Shown here: piece after piece, positions 1 to 21,016 of the stretch
How the letters are laid out: each line of letters starts with the position of its first letter
Numbering within the stretch: position 1 is the first letter of the stretch
From: Eledone cirrhosa
Lineage: Eukaryota
Length of the DNA stretch: 30,924 nucleotides
Direction: 5' to 3'
NCBI GenBank assembly: GCA_964016885.1
Contig: CAXHJY010000939.1
Coordinates: 1-30,924, forward strand
Translations under genes and position numbers: made by a program
The notes under the pieces: generated by a model
The model's input: only the letters and a program-made list of their open reading frames with translations
What the model was told of the DNA's origin: nothing
The model's database searches: none

Positions 1-9520
<9,520 letters not shown>

Positions 9521-9957
9521 AAAACTGGTAACTTGTATCACATGGATATTGAAGATTATAATGAGTTCATATATAAAGAACTCAGGAAAAATTATAAAAA
9601 ATCTAATAATGCGTCACTCACCAACATCAACAACAAAACACACAACATAGTAAAAAAACTAAACATTGAAGATAGAACTGAACCTTTGGCATTGAAAAGA
9701 CCACACTTCAACCTGAAGGATCATAAATCAAACTTTAACTCAAATCCTTCTATAAGACTTATATGTCCCTCCTAATCTGATATTGGAATAATTAGCAAAA
9801 ACATTTTGGATAGAGTCATCCCACAAATAAGAAAACACGTTAATTTACCACTCTGGGAAAACACTTCCCATGTAATTAACTGGTTTAAAAATATTAGATG
9901 TAAATCTTCTGCTTCATTTCTACAATTTGATATAGATAATTACTATTCTTCTATATC
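9521..9957 (+). pseudogene. Internal RT fragment of a Nematis-like PLE (fragment F)
   Basis: [73 protein letters not shown] is colinear with element D ([39 protein letters not shown]). In-frame TAA at 9773-9775; (TA)n on both sides. Confidence 0.88.
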
Positions 9958-9988
<31 letters not shown>

Positions 9989-10002
9989 CTACCTAGACAG
10001 CC

Positions 10003-11682
10003 ATGAGCTTGGATGTGGTGTCACTGTACCCATCCATTAACATTGATTTTCCTGTGAAAAGATGTGTGGAGATGATCATTGAGAGTGAGGTGGAGTTCTG
10101 CGACGTCGACACAGACGAACTGTGCATCCTACTTAGACTTACCTACGACACTGACTACCTAGACAGCCATGAGCTTAGATGTTTCTGCCCTAGTAGACCT
10201 ATAAGAGGTAGATCCCCCACCATAACCTCAATGGCTAAAAAGACTCCCATAGGAAGGTGGATTGGGTGGACCAAAGCTATACGGACCCCCCAAAACACTG
10301 ATCAGGTAAGAAAAATGGTCGCACATGCAATAGGGGCCAGTATCAAAACTACCCTAAAGGGCCACATATTTAAGTTCAATGAGAAAATCTACACCCAAAA
10401 TGAGGGAGCAGCCATCGGCGTCAGCATAGCTGGTGATGTTGCCAACCTTTTCATGGTATGGTGGGAAAGGAGACTTAAAGATCTCCTTAATGAAAGCTCC
10501 ATAGACCTCATCATGTACTCTCGTTATGTAGACGATATCAATATAGTTATAAGAACACCCCCACTAGAGAGCACTAACAAGTTTGATTTAGAACGTAGCA
10601 CAATGGAAAACATCCAGCAGATAGCTAATTCCATACACCAGAGTATAACTGTAACTATAGACTTCCCTTCCAAACACCCTAACAATAGACTACCTGTATT
10701 AGACACAGAACTCTGGATTAACACTATAGACGAGAGAGCCCAAATTCTCCACTCACACTATGCTAAACCCATGGCCTCCAAATACCTGATACTCAAAAAC
10801 TCAGCAATGTCCAGTAGTGCTAAGTCTAATATTCTGATCGCAGATTTGGTACGAGTGATGAAGAATGTGTCCAGCATGTGCGACCCAACAGAAATGGAAG
10901 GACACATCCAACACTTCATCAACCGCATGCAGTTCTCTGGCTACAACCAAAGAGACAGAGTCAGAGTATACGAAGGAGCCATGGAAAAGTATAAGACCCT
11001 CATAGAACTGGACATGAAAGGAATTTGCCCACTATACAGGAGCAAATCATGGAATAGCTTAGATAGGGCTAGACATAAGATAGGGAAGGCCACGTCATGG
11101 TACGACAACCAGAGATATCAGAGTGTCATGTTTGTGGACGCCACCCCTGGAGGGAAATTAGCTAACCAGTGTAGAAAGGCCCTGAGAAAGACCCACTTAA
11201 AAATAAAGGTGGTAGAAAAGCCAGGAACCACCATAAAATCCCTGATCAGCAAAACCTACCCTTTTAAGAAAACCCACTGTACCAATAGGAAATGTATCAT
11301 ATGTAAGGTGAACCCCCGGATAAACTGTAAAACTAGAAACGTAGTCTATAGCATAAGATGTACAGAGGGTACTTGCAGAAACATGACAACAACATACATA
11401 GGTGAGACAGCTCGTAGCATAGGTGAAAGGATAGACCAACACTGGGGGGAACTAAAAGGACGAAAAAACGGGTCAGTACTATACGAACATGCTAGACAAC
11501 AACATGACGGTAACATAGACAACATAGAAATTAGAATAATATCTAAACATAGGAATGACCCAGCAGATAGGCAAATCAGAGAGGCCAGTGAAATAGAAAT
11601 TAGAAGACCAAAGCTAAACAGAAAGAATGAGTGGAACAACAACAACACCCAAACAAACAACACTGACCTAAGAGAAGTATAA
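10003..11682 (+). CDS. PLE reverse transcriptase (from motif A) + CxxxxCxxC linker + GIY-YIG endonuclease, N-terminally truncated
   Basis: SLDVVSLYPSI (motif A), QNEGAAIGVSIAGDVANLFM (B'), YSRYVDD (C), LPVLDTEL, CTNRKCIIC, NVVYSIRC..C..YIGETARSIGERIDQH..H..H..RQIREASEI..LNRKNEW. Uninterrupted 559 codons. Confidence 0.93.
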   Translation: MSLDVVSLYPSINIDFPVKRCVEMIIESEVEFCDVDTDELCILLRLTYDTDYLDSHELRCFCPSRPIRGRSPTITSMAKKTPIGRWIGWTKAIRTPQNTDQVRKMVAHAIGASIKTTLKGHIFKFNEKIYTQNEGAAIGVSIAGDVANLFMVWWERRLKDLLNESSIDLIMYSRYVDDINIVIRTPPLESTNKFDLERSTMENIQQIANSIHQSITVTIDFPSKHPNNRLPVLDTELWINTIDERAQILHSHYAKPMASKYLILKNSAMSSSAKSNILIADLVRVMKNVSSMCDPTEMEGHIQHFINRMQFSGYNQRDRVRVYEGAMEKYKTLIELDMKGICPLYRSKSWNSLDRARHKIGKATSWYDNQRYQSVMFVDATPGGKLANQCRKALRKTHLKIKVVEKPGTTIKSLISKTYPFKKTHCTNRKCIICKVNPRINCKTRNVVYSIRCTEGTCRNMTTTYIGETARSIGERIDQHWGELKGRKNGSVLYEHARQQHDGNIDNIEIRIISKHRNDPADRQIREASEIEIRRPKLNRKNEWNNNNTQTNNTDLREV

Positions 11683-11959
11683 ATAAGTAAATAAAATAAA
11701 ATAAAATAAGATAAATAAATACATACACAAGCACAATAACAACAAGCACATAAACACACACTAGTCACCCAGCAGACACAACACTATACACACTAGTCAC
11801 ACATCACACATAACACTATACACACACGCAAACGCATGCACAAAGAAGACAAAATAACATAAGATAAACAAACAAGCAAATAAATAAATAAATATATAGA
11901 CAGACTGAACAAAAAAAATGGCGTAGACATACAACACAACAGGAGGAACAATGAATATA

Positions 11960-12002
11960 ACACCACTGACGATGTTGCAGATGTGCAACGAAAGATTTGT
12001 GT
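11960..12002 (+). ncRNA. Minimal type I hammerhead ribozyme-like motif (element A)
   Basis: CTGACGA (11966-11972), stem II GTTGCA/TGCAAC, GAAA (11990-11993), then GATT. Stem I is imperfect (ACACCA/TGTGT with a bulge). Confidence 0.55.
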
Positions 12003-12215
12003 AAATTATGTAAACTATATATATGTGTTTCTGTCTATATTGTATCTGTATTATTTTTGACCGTTTGTCAGTCAATGGCAACATTGAGGACCGAGTAAGT
12101 TAGATCGCAGATATAAAAGACAGCGAGAAGCGAAAACCAACCAAACAGTGAGTGTGTTCTGTTATTAATTCTGGCAATATTACGCAAATATGACCCTCCC
12201 CAAATATAACAATAT

Positions 12216-12491
<276 letters not shown>

Positions 12492-12577
12492 TTATGTCAG
12501 GTCACCAGTTGGTGCTACTGGTAACATGTATCCCAGTACAACCTGTCTCATGGTCGGGTCGTTGGCGACTAAACTGG
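12492..12577 (+). ncRNA. Candidate HDV-like ribozyme at 5' end of RTE-derived element (also 26583-26668)
   Basis: P2 CCAGT(12533-37)/ACTGG(12573-77), L3 CC with GG after CATGGTC, P4 TCG-TTGG-CGA, J4/2 C-TAA, J1/2 hairpin ACCAGT/ACTGGT. P1 only partial (TTATG/CATGG). Confidence 0.4.
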
Positions 12578-13133
12578 CAACCCCACCAAGGTTTCTTGGT
12601 GAGGAGGGTGACTTTGGACATCCTGCAGGACTAAAAACAAAACCTGTCAAAGGGCAAAGGAGCTCTTAAGAGTCAATGGCCATCCAAAATCACCGGGAGA
12701 GATGACCCCTTTAGCCTTAGTCAAGGCAGAATTCTAGGAGAAGGAAAACTCTGATATAACACCTGCAACCCTGATGGTATCCAATGATGTTGACTTGTTC
12801 TTCTTTTTGGTAAATAGCATCTTGGTTAAGAGAGTGGGACTGGCTTTGTGCAGTGCCTTTGCTCACTATAAAAGCTTCACGGCACAGGCATTGCTTTATA
12901 TCTGGAGATCTCTCTGCACTTGTCCTCACATGGGCCCAGCACTATGTGTCAATGATTGTCCTACCATGGGCCTAGCACTATGTGTCAATGATTGTCACAG
13001 GTGTAGTGTTTGTACCAGAGGTTTCAAGTCGCTGGCTGGACTAAAAAGTCACACTCGTTCAGCGCTTCGGTAGGGGTTATCATACATGGATGTAAAGTAG
13101 TGGCCGTACTCGAAAACGAGTTGGCAGCCACCA
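12492..13133 (+). mobile_element. Non-autonomous RTE-derived (bipartite SINE-like) element, copy 1
   Basis: Highly similar copy at 26583-27195 with the same ends. RTE-5'UTR-like GGAGAAGGAAAACTCTG, remnant C2H2 finger [17 protein letters not shown] then stop, 3' hairpin GTGGC..ACTCG-AAAA-CGAGT..GCCAC. Internal ~36-bp tandem duplication at 12921-12996. Confidence 0.72.
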
Positions 13134-13135
13134 TG

Positions 13136-13171
<36 letters not shown>

Positions 13172-13270
13172 CATATATGTATATGTATATATATACATAT
13201 ATGTATATGTATATATATATATATGTATATGTATATGTGTATATGTATATATATATGTATATGTATATAT

Positions 13271-13302
<32 letters not shown>

Positions 13303-13429
13303 GTATGTATATGTATATATATATGTGTATATATATGTATATATATATGTATATATATATATGTATATATATGTATATATATATATGTATATATATATGT
13401 ATATATATATGTATATATATATGTATATA

Positions 13430-13486
<57 letters not shown>
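13134..13486. repeat. (TA)n/TATG microsatellite spacer
   Basis: Direct inspection. Confidence 0.97.
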
Positions 13487-13490
<4 letters not shown>

Positions 13491-13510
13491 TTATTAAAAT
13501 AACAGATTAA

Positions 13511-13561
13511 AGTTTAAGCAAAGAATCGCTGCTTTCACCCTTAACGGGATCTTCTGAAACT
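13511..13561 (-). ncRNA. Degenerate type I hammerhead (element C)
   Basis: Minus strand reads AGTTT-CAGAAGA-TCCC gttaa GGGT-GAAA-GCA..TGC-TT-AAACT. Three stems form but the core reads CAGA instead of CTGA. Confidence 0.5.
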
Positions 13562-14473
13562 AACAAAGTCAATCTGTAAACGCAGAACTGGATATTTCAA
13601 AAAACGTTGCAACCGGAGGAAGACAGGAAGACGATACTTTGGTTCGTGGTAACGTTCGCTGGCAAAGAACGGGAAAAAAACGAATAATACGTCATTAATA
13701 GGAGCGGTGAAAAACAATTACGCGCAAAGACAGAACCACGTTTATGGTATAAAAGAGGTCGTAGACTAATGTTCTCTTAGGTGGTGCATAGAGACCTTCC
13801 CTGGCAATGAACGAAAAAACGAAGATAATGAGTCATATGTGGAGCGTGGAGAACAATAGCACGCAAAGACAAAACCACGTAAATGGTATAGCAGAAGTCG
13901 TAGACTAAAATTAATCTCCGCTACAGAGTTAAGAACCAGGTAAATAAATACAATACAGAAGTAATAGAAACAAATAAATACATACATGCAAACAGATACG
14001 TACATACACAAGCATACGCAAAACCTTACCATAGGTATACAAAACCACGCACATATAAATATGTGTGTGTGAGTGTATGCTTGTATACAAATAAATAAAT
14101 AATTATATCAACGTATATGAGTAAATAAATACGTATATAACAAGCGCACACGCATACCTACATATAAATACACGAATGTTCGGAGACGTAAGTCAACTAA
14201 AACAAGAAGTACACATATACACACACCCACCATACGTACGAACGTGCATACTCACGCAGACGCAAAACTCCCGTATCCACATAGCCAAACCCTAAATACC
14301 AGACTATGTAAAAATTATACGCCATAACAGTCAAATATACGTACGAGAAAGTATACATACCTTCACAAAACGTACGGGTAATATATACTTACCTATGCAA
14401 ATAAGTAAAGGAATAAACAAAACATATACTTAGCTCCCACATCAAGACGTAACATATCCACGTATAGGTCGTG

Positions 14474-15106
14474 CTATCCGTTAGGGTATAACGTGGGGCT
14501 GTAATACAGGAAAGTTTTGTGCAATTTATGTTTACAAGCCGAAATTGCCTCAGATTTTTTGTTTAAGATGTGGTCTGTGGCGTAGAGTATTTCCAGGGCC
14601 TCAGCGGCGCAGAGGTTACATGGTCTTTTATTTCCGTTATACGATCTACCCCTAGCTAGGATCTCCCAGTGTAACTTATATTGGGTGTGGTTATATTTTA
14701 GACTCCAGATATAAGCTGAAAGTGACGTCATATTCCTTCTTAGAGGGTAGCGAAAAGAATGGGTCTGCATGTAAAGACGCTGCTTGAAACTATTGGCGAT
14801 TAACCCTATGTAGGCCCTATGGGACGCGGGTGTTACAACCTTACATTTGTAGACAATGTTACTAGAGAGGCATTTCCCGGATAGGGGGCAATGAGCCCGA
14901 TTCCTACAATTACAGTTAGTACTAACTACAGGGTTGCACGTGTTCCTACAGCTAGGTAGTTTAGCTAAATTTGAAGCTGTGATGTTATGTGAAAGGTTAG
15001 GAGTCGTAGAGTAATAGTATTTCTATTAAAAAATTTACTATATTTATGTGTAGGGGGAAAATGCTTCGTAATAAGGGAAAGAAAGATCTTAGCTAATGGT
15101 GTGGCC
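14474..15106 (-). pseudogene. PLE C-terminal thumb/linker + GIY-YIG endonuclease remnant (frameshifted)
   Basis: FLSLITKHFPPTHKYSKFFNRNTI / YSTTPNL..CNCRNRAHCPLSGKCLSSNIVYKC..YIGL..SFKQRLY..LSAYIWSLK..WEIL..CNLCAAEALEI..CKH; homologous to element D. Confidence 0.88.
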
Positions 15107-15242
15107 AGCAGCGATTCTTTGCTTAAACTTTAATCTGTTATTTTAATAAATATTTGCTCTACGGTTCTTATATATTTGATATATATTTTCCTTATCGAGC
15201 CCTCTTTGGATTTTAGTCTTCAATTTTATTATTATTACTATA

Positions 15243-15289
<47 letters not shown>

Positions 15290-15300
15290 GTATATATATA

Positions 15301-15330
<30 letters not shown>

Positions 15331-15332
<2 letters not shown>

Positions 15333-15495
15333 GATAAATCTATACTTACCTATTGTTTAATATAAGGAATTGTTTATTCATTATTTGTTTAATATTTTAT
15401 ATATGTATATATATATATATATAGATAAATCTATACTTACCTTTTTGTTTAATATAAGGAATTGTTTATTCATTATTTGTTTAATATTTTATATA
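15331..15495. repeat. Two-copy ~91-bp tandem duplication inside (TA)n
   Basis: TAGATAAATCTATACTTACC..TATAAGGAATTGTTTATTCATTATTTGTTTAATATTTT starts at 15331 and 15422. Confidence 0.9.
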
Positions 15496-15625
15496 TGTAT
15501 ATATATATATATGTATATGTATGTATATGTATATGTATATATATATATATATGTATATGTATATGTATATATATATATATATGTATATGTATATGTATAT
15601 ATATATATATATGTATATGTATATG

Positions 15626-15656
<31 letters not shown>

Positions 15657-15857
15657 GTATATGTATATGTATATATATGTATATATGTATATGTATATAT
15701 ATGTATATATGTATATATGTATATATGTATATATATGTATATATGTATATATATGTATATATGTATATATGTATATATATGTATATATGTATATATATGT
15801 ATATATGTATATATATGTATATATATGTATATATATATGTATATATGTATATGTATA

Positions 15858-15916
<59 letters not shown>
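15496..15916. repeat. (TA)n/TATG microsatellite spacer
   Basis: Direct inspection. Confidence 0.97.
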
Positions 15917-16137
15917 TTCGTTTCTGAATTTGTTTAGCAAGATTCTTTATCTGAAATCGTGTGTTGAAACCGATATTGTTATACTTTGGGAGGGTCATGT
16001 TGCCAATAAGAAACACACGCACCATTGCTTTCACTTCAATTTATTATATATTTATAAATTTATAAATTTACAAATTTACAAACTTATAAATTTCTGGTTG
16101 GTTGGTTGGTTCCACAACCAGATAGTTGTTTATATAT

Positions 16138-16182
16138 AGTCATAGTCCTTTCGTCACAAACTCTGTGTCCTCTTCAGTGACT
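16138..16182 (-). ncRNA. Minimal type I hammerhead, inverted arm of B
   Basis: Minus strand: AGTCA-CTGAAGA-G-GACACA gagtt TGTGAC-GAAA-GGAC-TA-TGACT. Perfect stem I, one stem II mismatch. Confidence 0.8.
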
Positions 16183-16607
16183 GGGGATTCCTTTCTTTGT
16201 TTCTGTGCCTTTCCTTTCTTCTATCCTACGCCATTTTGTTTCTGTGTGTGTGTTGTGTGCTCAGTTTGCGCATGCGCCACATCCGGGTGTCCGTGTGTGT
16301 TTGTGTTCATTTATCTATTTGATTATTTATTTATTTATTTATTGTTGGTTGGTTGTTTGTTCTATGTGTGTGTGTGTTTTCATTTTGTCCTGTGTGTGTT
16401 TTCATTTTGTCCTTAATTGTAAGTTGTTTGTTCTATGTGTGTGTGTGTTTTCATTTTGTCCTGTGTGTGTTTTCATTTTGTCCTTAATTGTAAGTTGTGA
16501 TGTTGCTGTTCCACTCATATTTTCTATTTAATTTTGGTTTTAATTCTTTTATGTTTACTGCCTCTGTAATTTGCCTAAACATTGCGTCTTTTCTGTGTGT
16601 GAACATA

Positions 16608-17846
16608 GGCGACATAGCTAACTTATTCATGGTATGGTGGGACAGTAGACTTAAACAAAAACTTAAAGAACAATTAGAAGACAGTTTAACCCTGATAATG
16701 TACTCCCGCTACGTAGATGATATAAACATCGTAGTTAAGACACCCCCACTAAAGAACAGTCAGGAACTAGAGAAAAACACAATGGAAAGCATCCAGCAAA
16801 TAGCAAACTCCATCCACCAGAGCATTAGAGTTACTATAGACTACCCAAGTAGACACCCCAACTATCGATTACCTGTACTAGACACAGAGCTCTGGTTAGA
16901 TACCATTAACAACCAAAAACAAATCCTCCATTCCCATTATGCCAAACCCATGACTTCCAAACATCTGATCCACCGAAACTCGGCCATTTCGGACCATACC
17001 AAAATAAACATACTGATTGCGGATTTGGTACGGGTGATGAGAAATGTGTCCCGCATGTGCAACCCCGAAGAACTAGAGAGACACATACAACACTTCATCC
17101 ACCGTATGCAGTTCTCTGGCTACAATCAGAGAGATAGAATCAGAGTGTATAAAGGAGCCAGAACCAAATGGGAAAAAATGGTAAATAATGACATAAATGG
17201 GACCTGCCCCTTGTATAGGAGCAAATTTTGGAATAGAATAGAAAGAACTAGGAACAAGGCCAATAGAATAAACTCATGGTATGATAGCAATAAATACCAG
17301 AGTGTAATGTTCATCAATACAACCCCTAGAGGCGAACTAGCCTACAAATTTAGAAGGGCCCTAAATAAACATAATCTCAATATTAAGATAGTAGAAAGAC
17401 CAGGTACCTCCGTAAAAACACTTATTAGCAAGACATACCCGTTCCAAAGACCCTCATGTATAGATAAGAAATGTATAACCTGTAAAATAAGCCCCCATAT
17501 TAACTTTAACTGTAAAACTAGAAATGTAGTGTATAGCATAAGATGTACTGAAGGACAATGTAGAAACAAAAATATAGTGTACATAGGTGAGACAGCTCGT
17601 AGTATAAGGGAACGAATAAATGAACACCGGCGAGACCTCCAAGATAATAAAGAATCATCTGTGCTCTACCAACATGCTAAGATAGAACACAGGGGTAGAT
17701 TAGAGAACATAGAAATAAAAATAGAATCCACACACAGAAAAGACGCAATGTTTAGGCAAATTACAGAGGCAGTAAGCATAAAAGAATTAAAACCAAAATT
17801 AAATAGAAAATATGAATGGAACAGCAACATCACAACTTACAATTAA
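16608..17846 (+). CDS. PLE RT (from motif B') + GIY-YIG endonuclease, 5'-truncated
   Basis: GDIANLFMVWWD, YSRYVDD, CIDKKCITC, NVVYSIRC..YIGETARSIRERINEH..LNRKYEW. The first 37 codons of the called ORF (16497) come from the inverted arm and junction. Confidence 0.92.
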   Translation, partial: GDIANLFMVWWDSRLKQKLKEQLEDSLTLIMYSRYVDDINIVVKTPPLKNSQELEKNTMESIQQIANSIHQSIRVTIDYPSRHPNYRLPVLDTELWLDTINNQKQILHSHYAKPMTSKHLIHRNSAISDHTKINILIADLVRVMRNVSRMCNPEELERHIQHFIHRMQFSGYNQRDRIRVYKGARTKWEKMVNNDINGTCPLYRSKFWNRIERTRNKANRINSWYDSNKYQSVMFINTTPRGELAYKFRRALNKHNLNIKIVERPGTSVKTLISKTYPFQRPSCIDKKCITCKISPHINFNCKTRNVVYSIRCTEGQCRNKNIVYIGETARSIRERINEHRRDLQDNKESSVLYQHAKIEHRGRLENIEIKIESTHRKDAMFRQITEAVSIKELKPKLNRKYEWNSNITTYN

Positions 17847-18071
17847 GGACAAAATGAAAACACACACAGGACAAAATGAAAACACACACACACATAGAAC
17901 AAACAACCAACTAACAATAAATAAATAAATAAATAAACAAATAGATAAATGAACACAAACACACACAGACACCCGGATGTGGCGCATGCGCAAACTAAGC
18001 ACACACACACAGAAACAAAATGGCGTAGGATAGAAGAAAGGAAAGGCACAGAAACAAAGAAAGGAATCCCC

Positions 18072-18116
18072 AGTCACTGAAGAGGTCACAGAGTGTGTGA
18101 CGACAGGACTATGACT
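18072..18116 (+). ncRNA. Minimal type I hammerhead, direct arm of B (core GAAA mutated to GACA)
   Basis: AGTCA-CTGAAGA-G-GTCACA gagtg TGTGAC-GACA-GGAC-TA-TGACT. Confidence 0.75.
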
Positions 18117-18203
18117 ATATATAAACAACTATCTGGTTGTGGAACCAACCAACCAACCAGAAATTTATAAGTTTGTAAATTTGTAAATTTATAAATTTAT
18201 AAA

Positions 18204-19017
18204 TCTATATATATAAAACTGTGGTTGTCTGTCTGTCTATCGATTTTTGGCACACATCTCCTCTTAGAATCTCTCACGGAATTGCACCGAAATTGCTATA
18301 CTTGTACATTGAGCCCTAGCGAAGACATTGGAAAAAAATATTTCAAATTGACCCGCCCTATCTGACGAAATCGAATATAATGTATCGATTTTTGAGCGTA
18401 AGTGATCAGTTATTTCCCTTTGTTCTGTTTACATTGAGCGTCTTACGTAAAAAATTACGATGGCTTTCTCAGCGTTTAAAATGACATTAACACAATACAC
18501 GAACAGTTGTCGAGCCAGCAAAATTTTGACCTGCAAAATTCATCAGTTCGAACACTAGGCTTCCGTTTTGCTTCATTTCCATTTAAAAGCATTTTAAAAC
18601 AATATTTTTACTTGAAAACAAGTCTATTTAAAGACTACGTAAAACAAGCAAATATTTCAGGCGTGCAGACAGACAGTCGTGCAGAGAGGTGATATAGGCG
18701 TGCAGACAGACATAACTGATAATTTGGTTACGCTAATGTTTTTCTCTGCGTTGCAGTGTTTACATTTTCGATCTTTGTTAATAAATAACCAGTGCAGTTT
18801 TTATCCCCAGCATCCTCTTTTGTTATAACATTCGGGTTATCGTTATGTTTTCTTAACTTCATAAGGCATATTGTTGGTTGAGGGAATATTAATCAAAAAC
18901 ACCACATGCAAGTCTGCACAGTAGACACTACAGTTTTTAAGCCAAAAAAGAAACTTAACATTGTAACTTTAACACAGCTACTGAGCGACCTCGAGCAACG
19001 CCGGGCTTTACTGCTAG
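18204..19017 (+). mobile_element. Non-autonomous Helitron (814 bp)
   Basis: 5' TCTATATATATAAAA followed by GTCT repeats, subterminal imperfect hairpin CCTCGAGCAACGCCGGG, 3' CTAG. Inserted between A and T with no TSD; the empty site AATTTATAAA|TATATAATAA is seen in the inverted arm at 16041-16060. Confidence 0.9.
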
Positions 19018-19096
19018 TATATAATAAATTGAAGTGAAAGCAACTGGTGCGTGTGTTTCTTATTGGCAACATGACCCTCCCAAAGTATAACAATAT

Positions 19097-20200
<1,104 letters not shown>

Positions 20201-20303
20201 GAAGAGAAACATAGAATATTCGAAAATATTCTGTATGTTTATAATAAACATTTCGAAGACCCAATCGCTATAGAATAGAATACGTCACGTATTACAATTT
20301 GAG

Positions 20304-20392
20304 ATTCTCGATAAAAGCAAGGGAAGTAACCTACGCGTTTCATTCTTATTAGAAATCATCAGGATTACATATCCAGTGCTTTTATCGAGAAT
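20304..20392 (-). ncRNA. Type I hammerhead ribozyme, retrozyme unit 1
   Basis: Minus strand: ATTCTCGATAAAAGCA..GTAATC-CTGATGA-T TTCT aata AGAA T-GAAA-CGCG-TA^GGTTAC..TGCTTTTATCGAGAAT. 6-bp stem I plus 16-bp distal helix; palindromic ACGCGT stem III. Confidence 0.87.
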
Positions 20393-20615
20393 GACACAGC
20401 TAGAGACTTATAGAATACTTAGCTGTGTACAGGAACTGGTTTGAAAGAGCGGTTGCCGGTCCGGCAGAAATTAGAATTTGGATATAATGCTCTGAAATAG
20501 CGATATATATGTGAAGACAAACATAGAATATTCGAAAATATTCTGTATGTTTATAATAAACATTTCGAAGACCCAATCGCTATAGAATAGAATACGTCAC
20601 GTATTACAATTTGAG

Positions 20616-20704
20616 ATTCTCGATAAAAGCAAGGGAAGTAACCTACGCGTTTCATTCTTATTAGAAATCATCAGGATTACATATCCAGTGCTTTTATCGA
20701 GAAT
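20616..20704 (-). ncRNA. Type I hammerhead ribozyme, retrozyme unit 2
   Basis: Same sequence as unit 1, +312. Confidence 0.87.
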
Positions 20705-20927
20705 GACACAGCTAGAGACTTATAGAATACTTAGCTGTGTACAGGAACTGGTTTGAAAGAGCGGTTGCCGGTCCGGCAGAAATTAGAATTTGGATATAAT
20801 GCTCTGAAATAGCGATATATATGTGAAGACAAACATAGAATATTCGAAAATATTCTGTATGTTTATAATAAACATTTCGAAGACCCAATCGCTATAGAAT
20901 AGAATACGTCACGTATTACAATTTGAG

Positions 20928-21016
20928 ATTCTCGATAAAAGCAAGGGAAGTAACCTACGCGTTTCATTCTTATTAGAAATCATCAGGATTACATATCCAG
21001 TGCTTTTATCGAGAAT
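20928..21016 (-). ncRNA. Type I hammerhead ribozyme, retrozyme unit 3
   Basis: Same sequence as unit 1, +624. Confidence 0.87.

Larger units (their letters stand above)
9988..12215 (+). mobile_element. 5'-truncated Penelope-like retroelement A (RT-GIY-YIG, 3' UTR/pLTR with HHR)
   Basis: RT-EN ORF, A/C-rich 3' UTR, HHR core at 11966-11993, ends in ATGACCCTCCCCAAATATAACAATAT merging into (TA)n. Confidence 0.92.
13487..15238 (-). mobile_element. 5'-truncated Nematis-like PLE C with inverted pLTR piece at its 5' end
   Basis: Minus-strand GIY-YIG coding remnant plus ~1 kb 3' UTR. 13487-13533 is the reverse complement of 15107-15153; (TA)n on both sides. Confidence 0.85.
15917..19096 (+). mobile_element. 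PLE B: 5'-truncated copy preceded by an inverted 3' copy (inverted pLTR 15917-16601), interrupted by a Helitron
   Basis: ~15973-16601 is the near-perfect reverse complement of 17729-18203 + 19018-19096; ORF homologous to element A. Confidence 0.93.

Noticed and set aside
11346-12084. Hydrophobic antisense/UTR ORFs (also 16126-16531, 17799-18128, 28070-28741)
   Set aside because: Products of GT-rich or T-rich low-complexity UTR sequence, or antisense to PLE ORFs.
12990-13073. Host C2H2 zinc-finger gene
   Set aside because: Single finger remnant inside a repeated element; last His lost in copy 1; no gene context.
15917-19096. DNA transposon with long TIRs
   Set aside because: The inverted arms are copies of the ORF 3' end and UTR of an RT element; no transposase.
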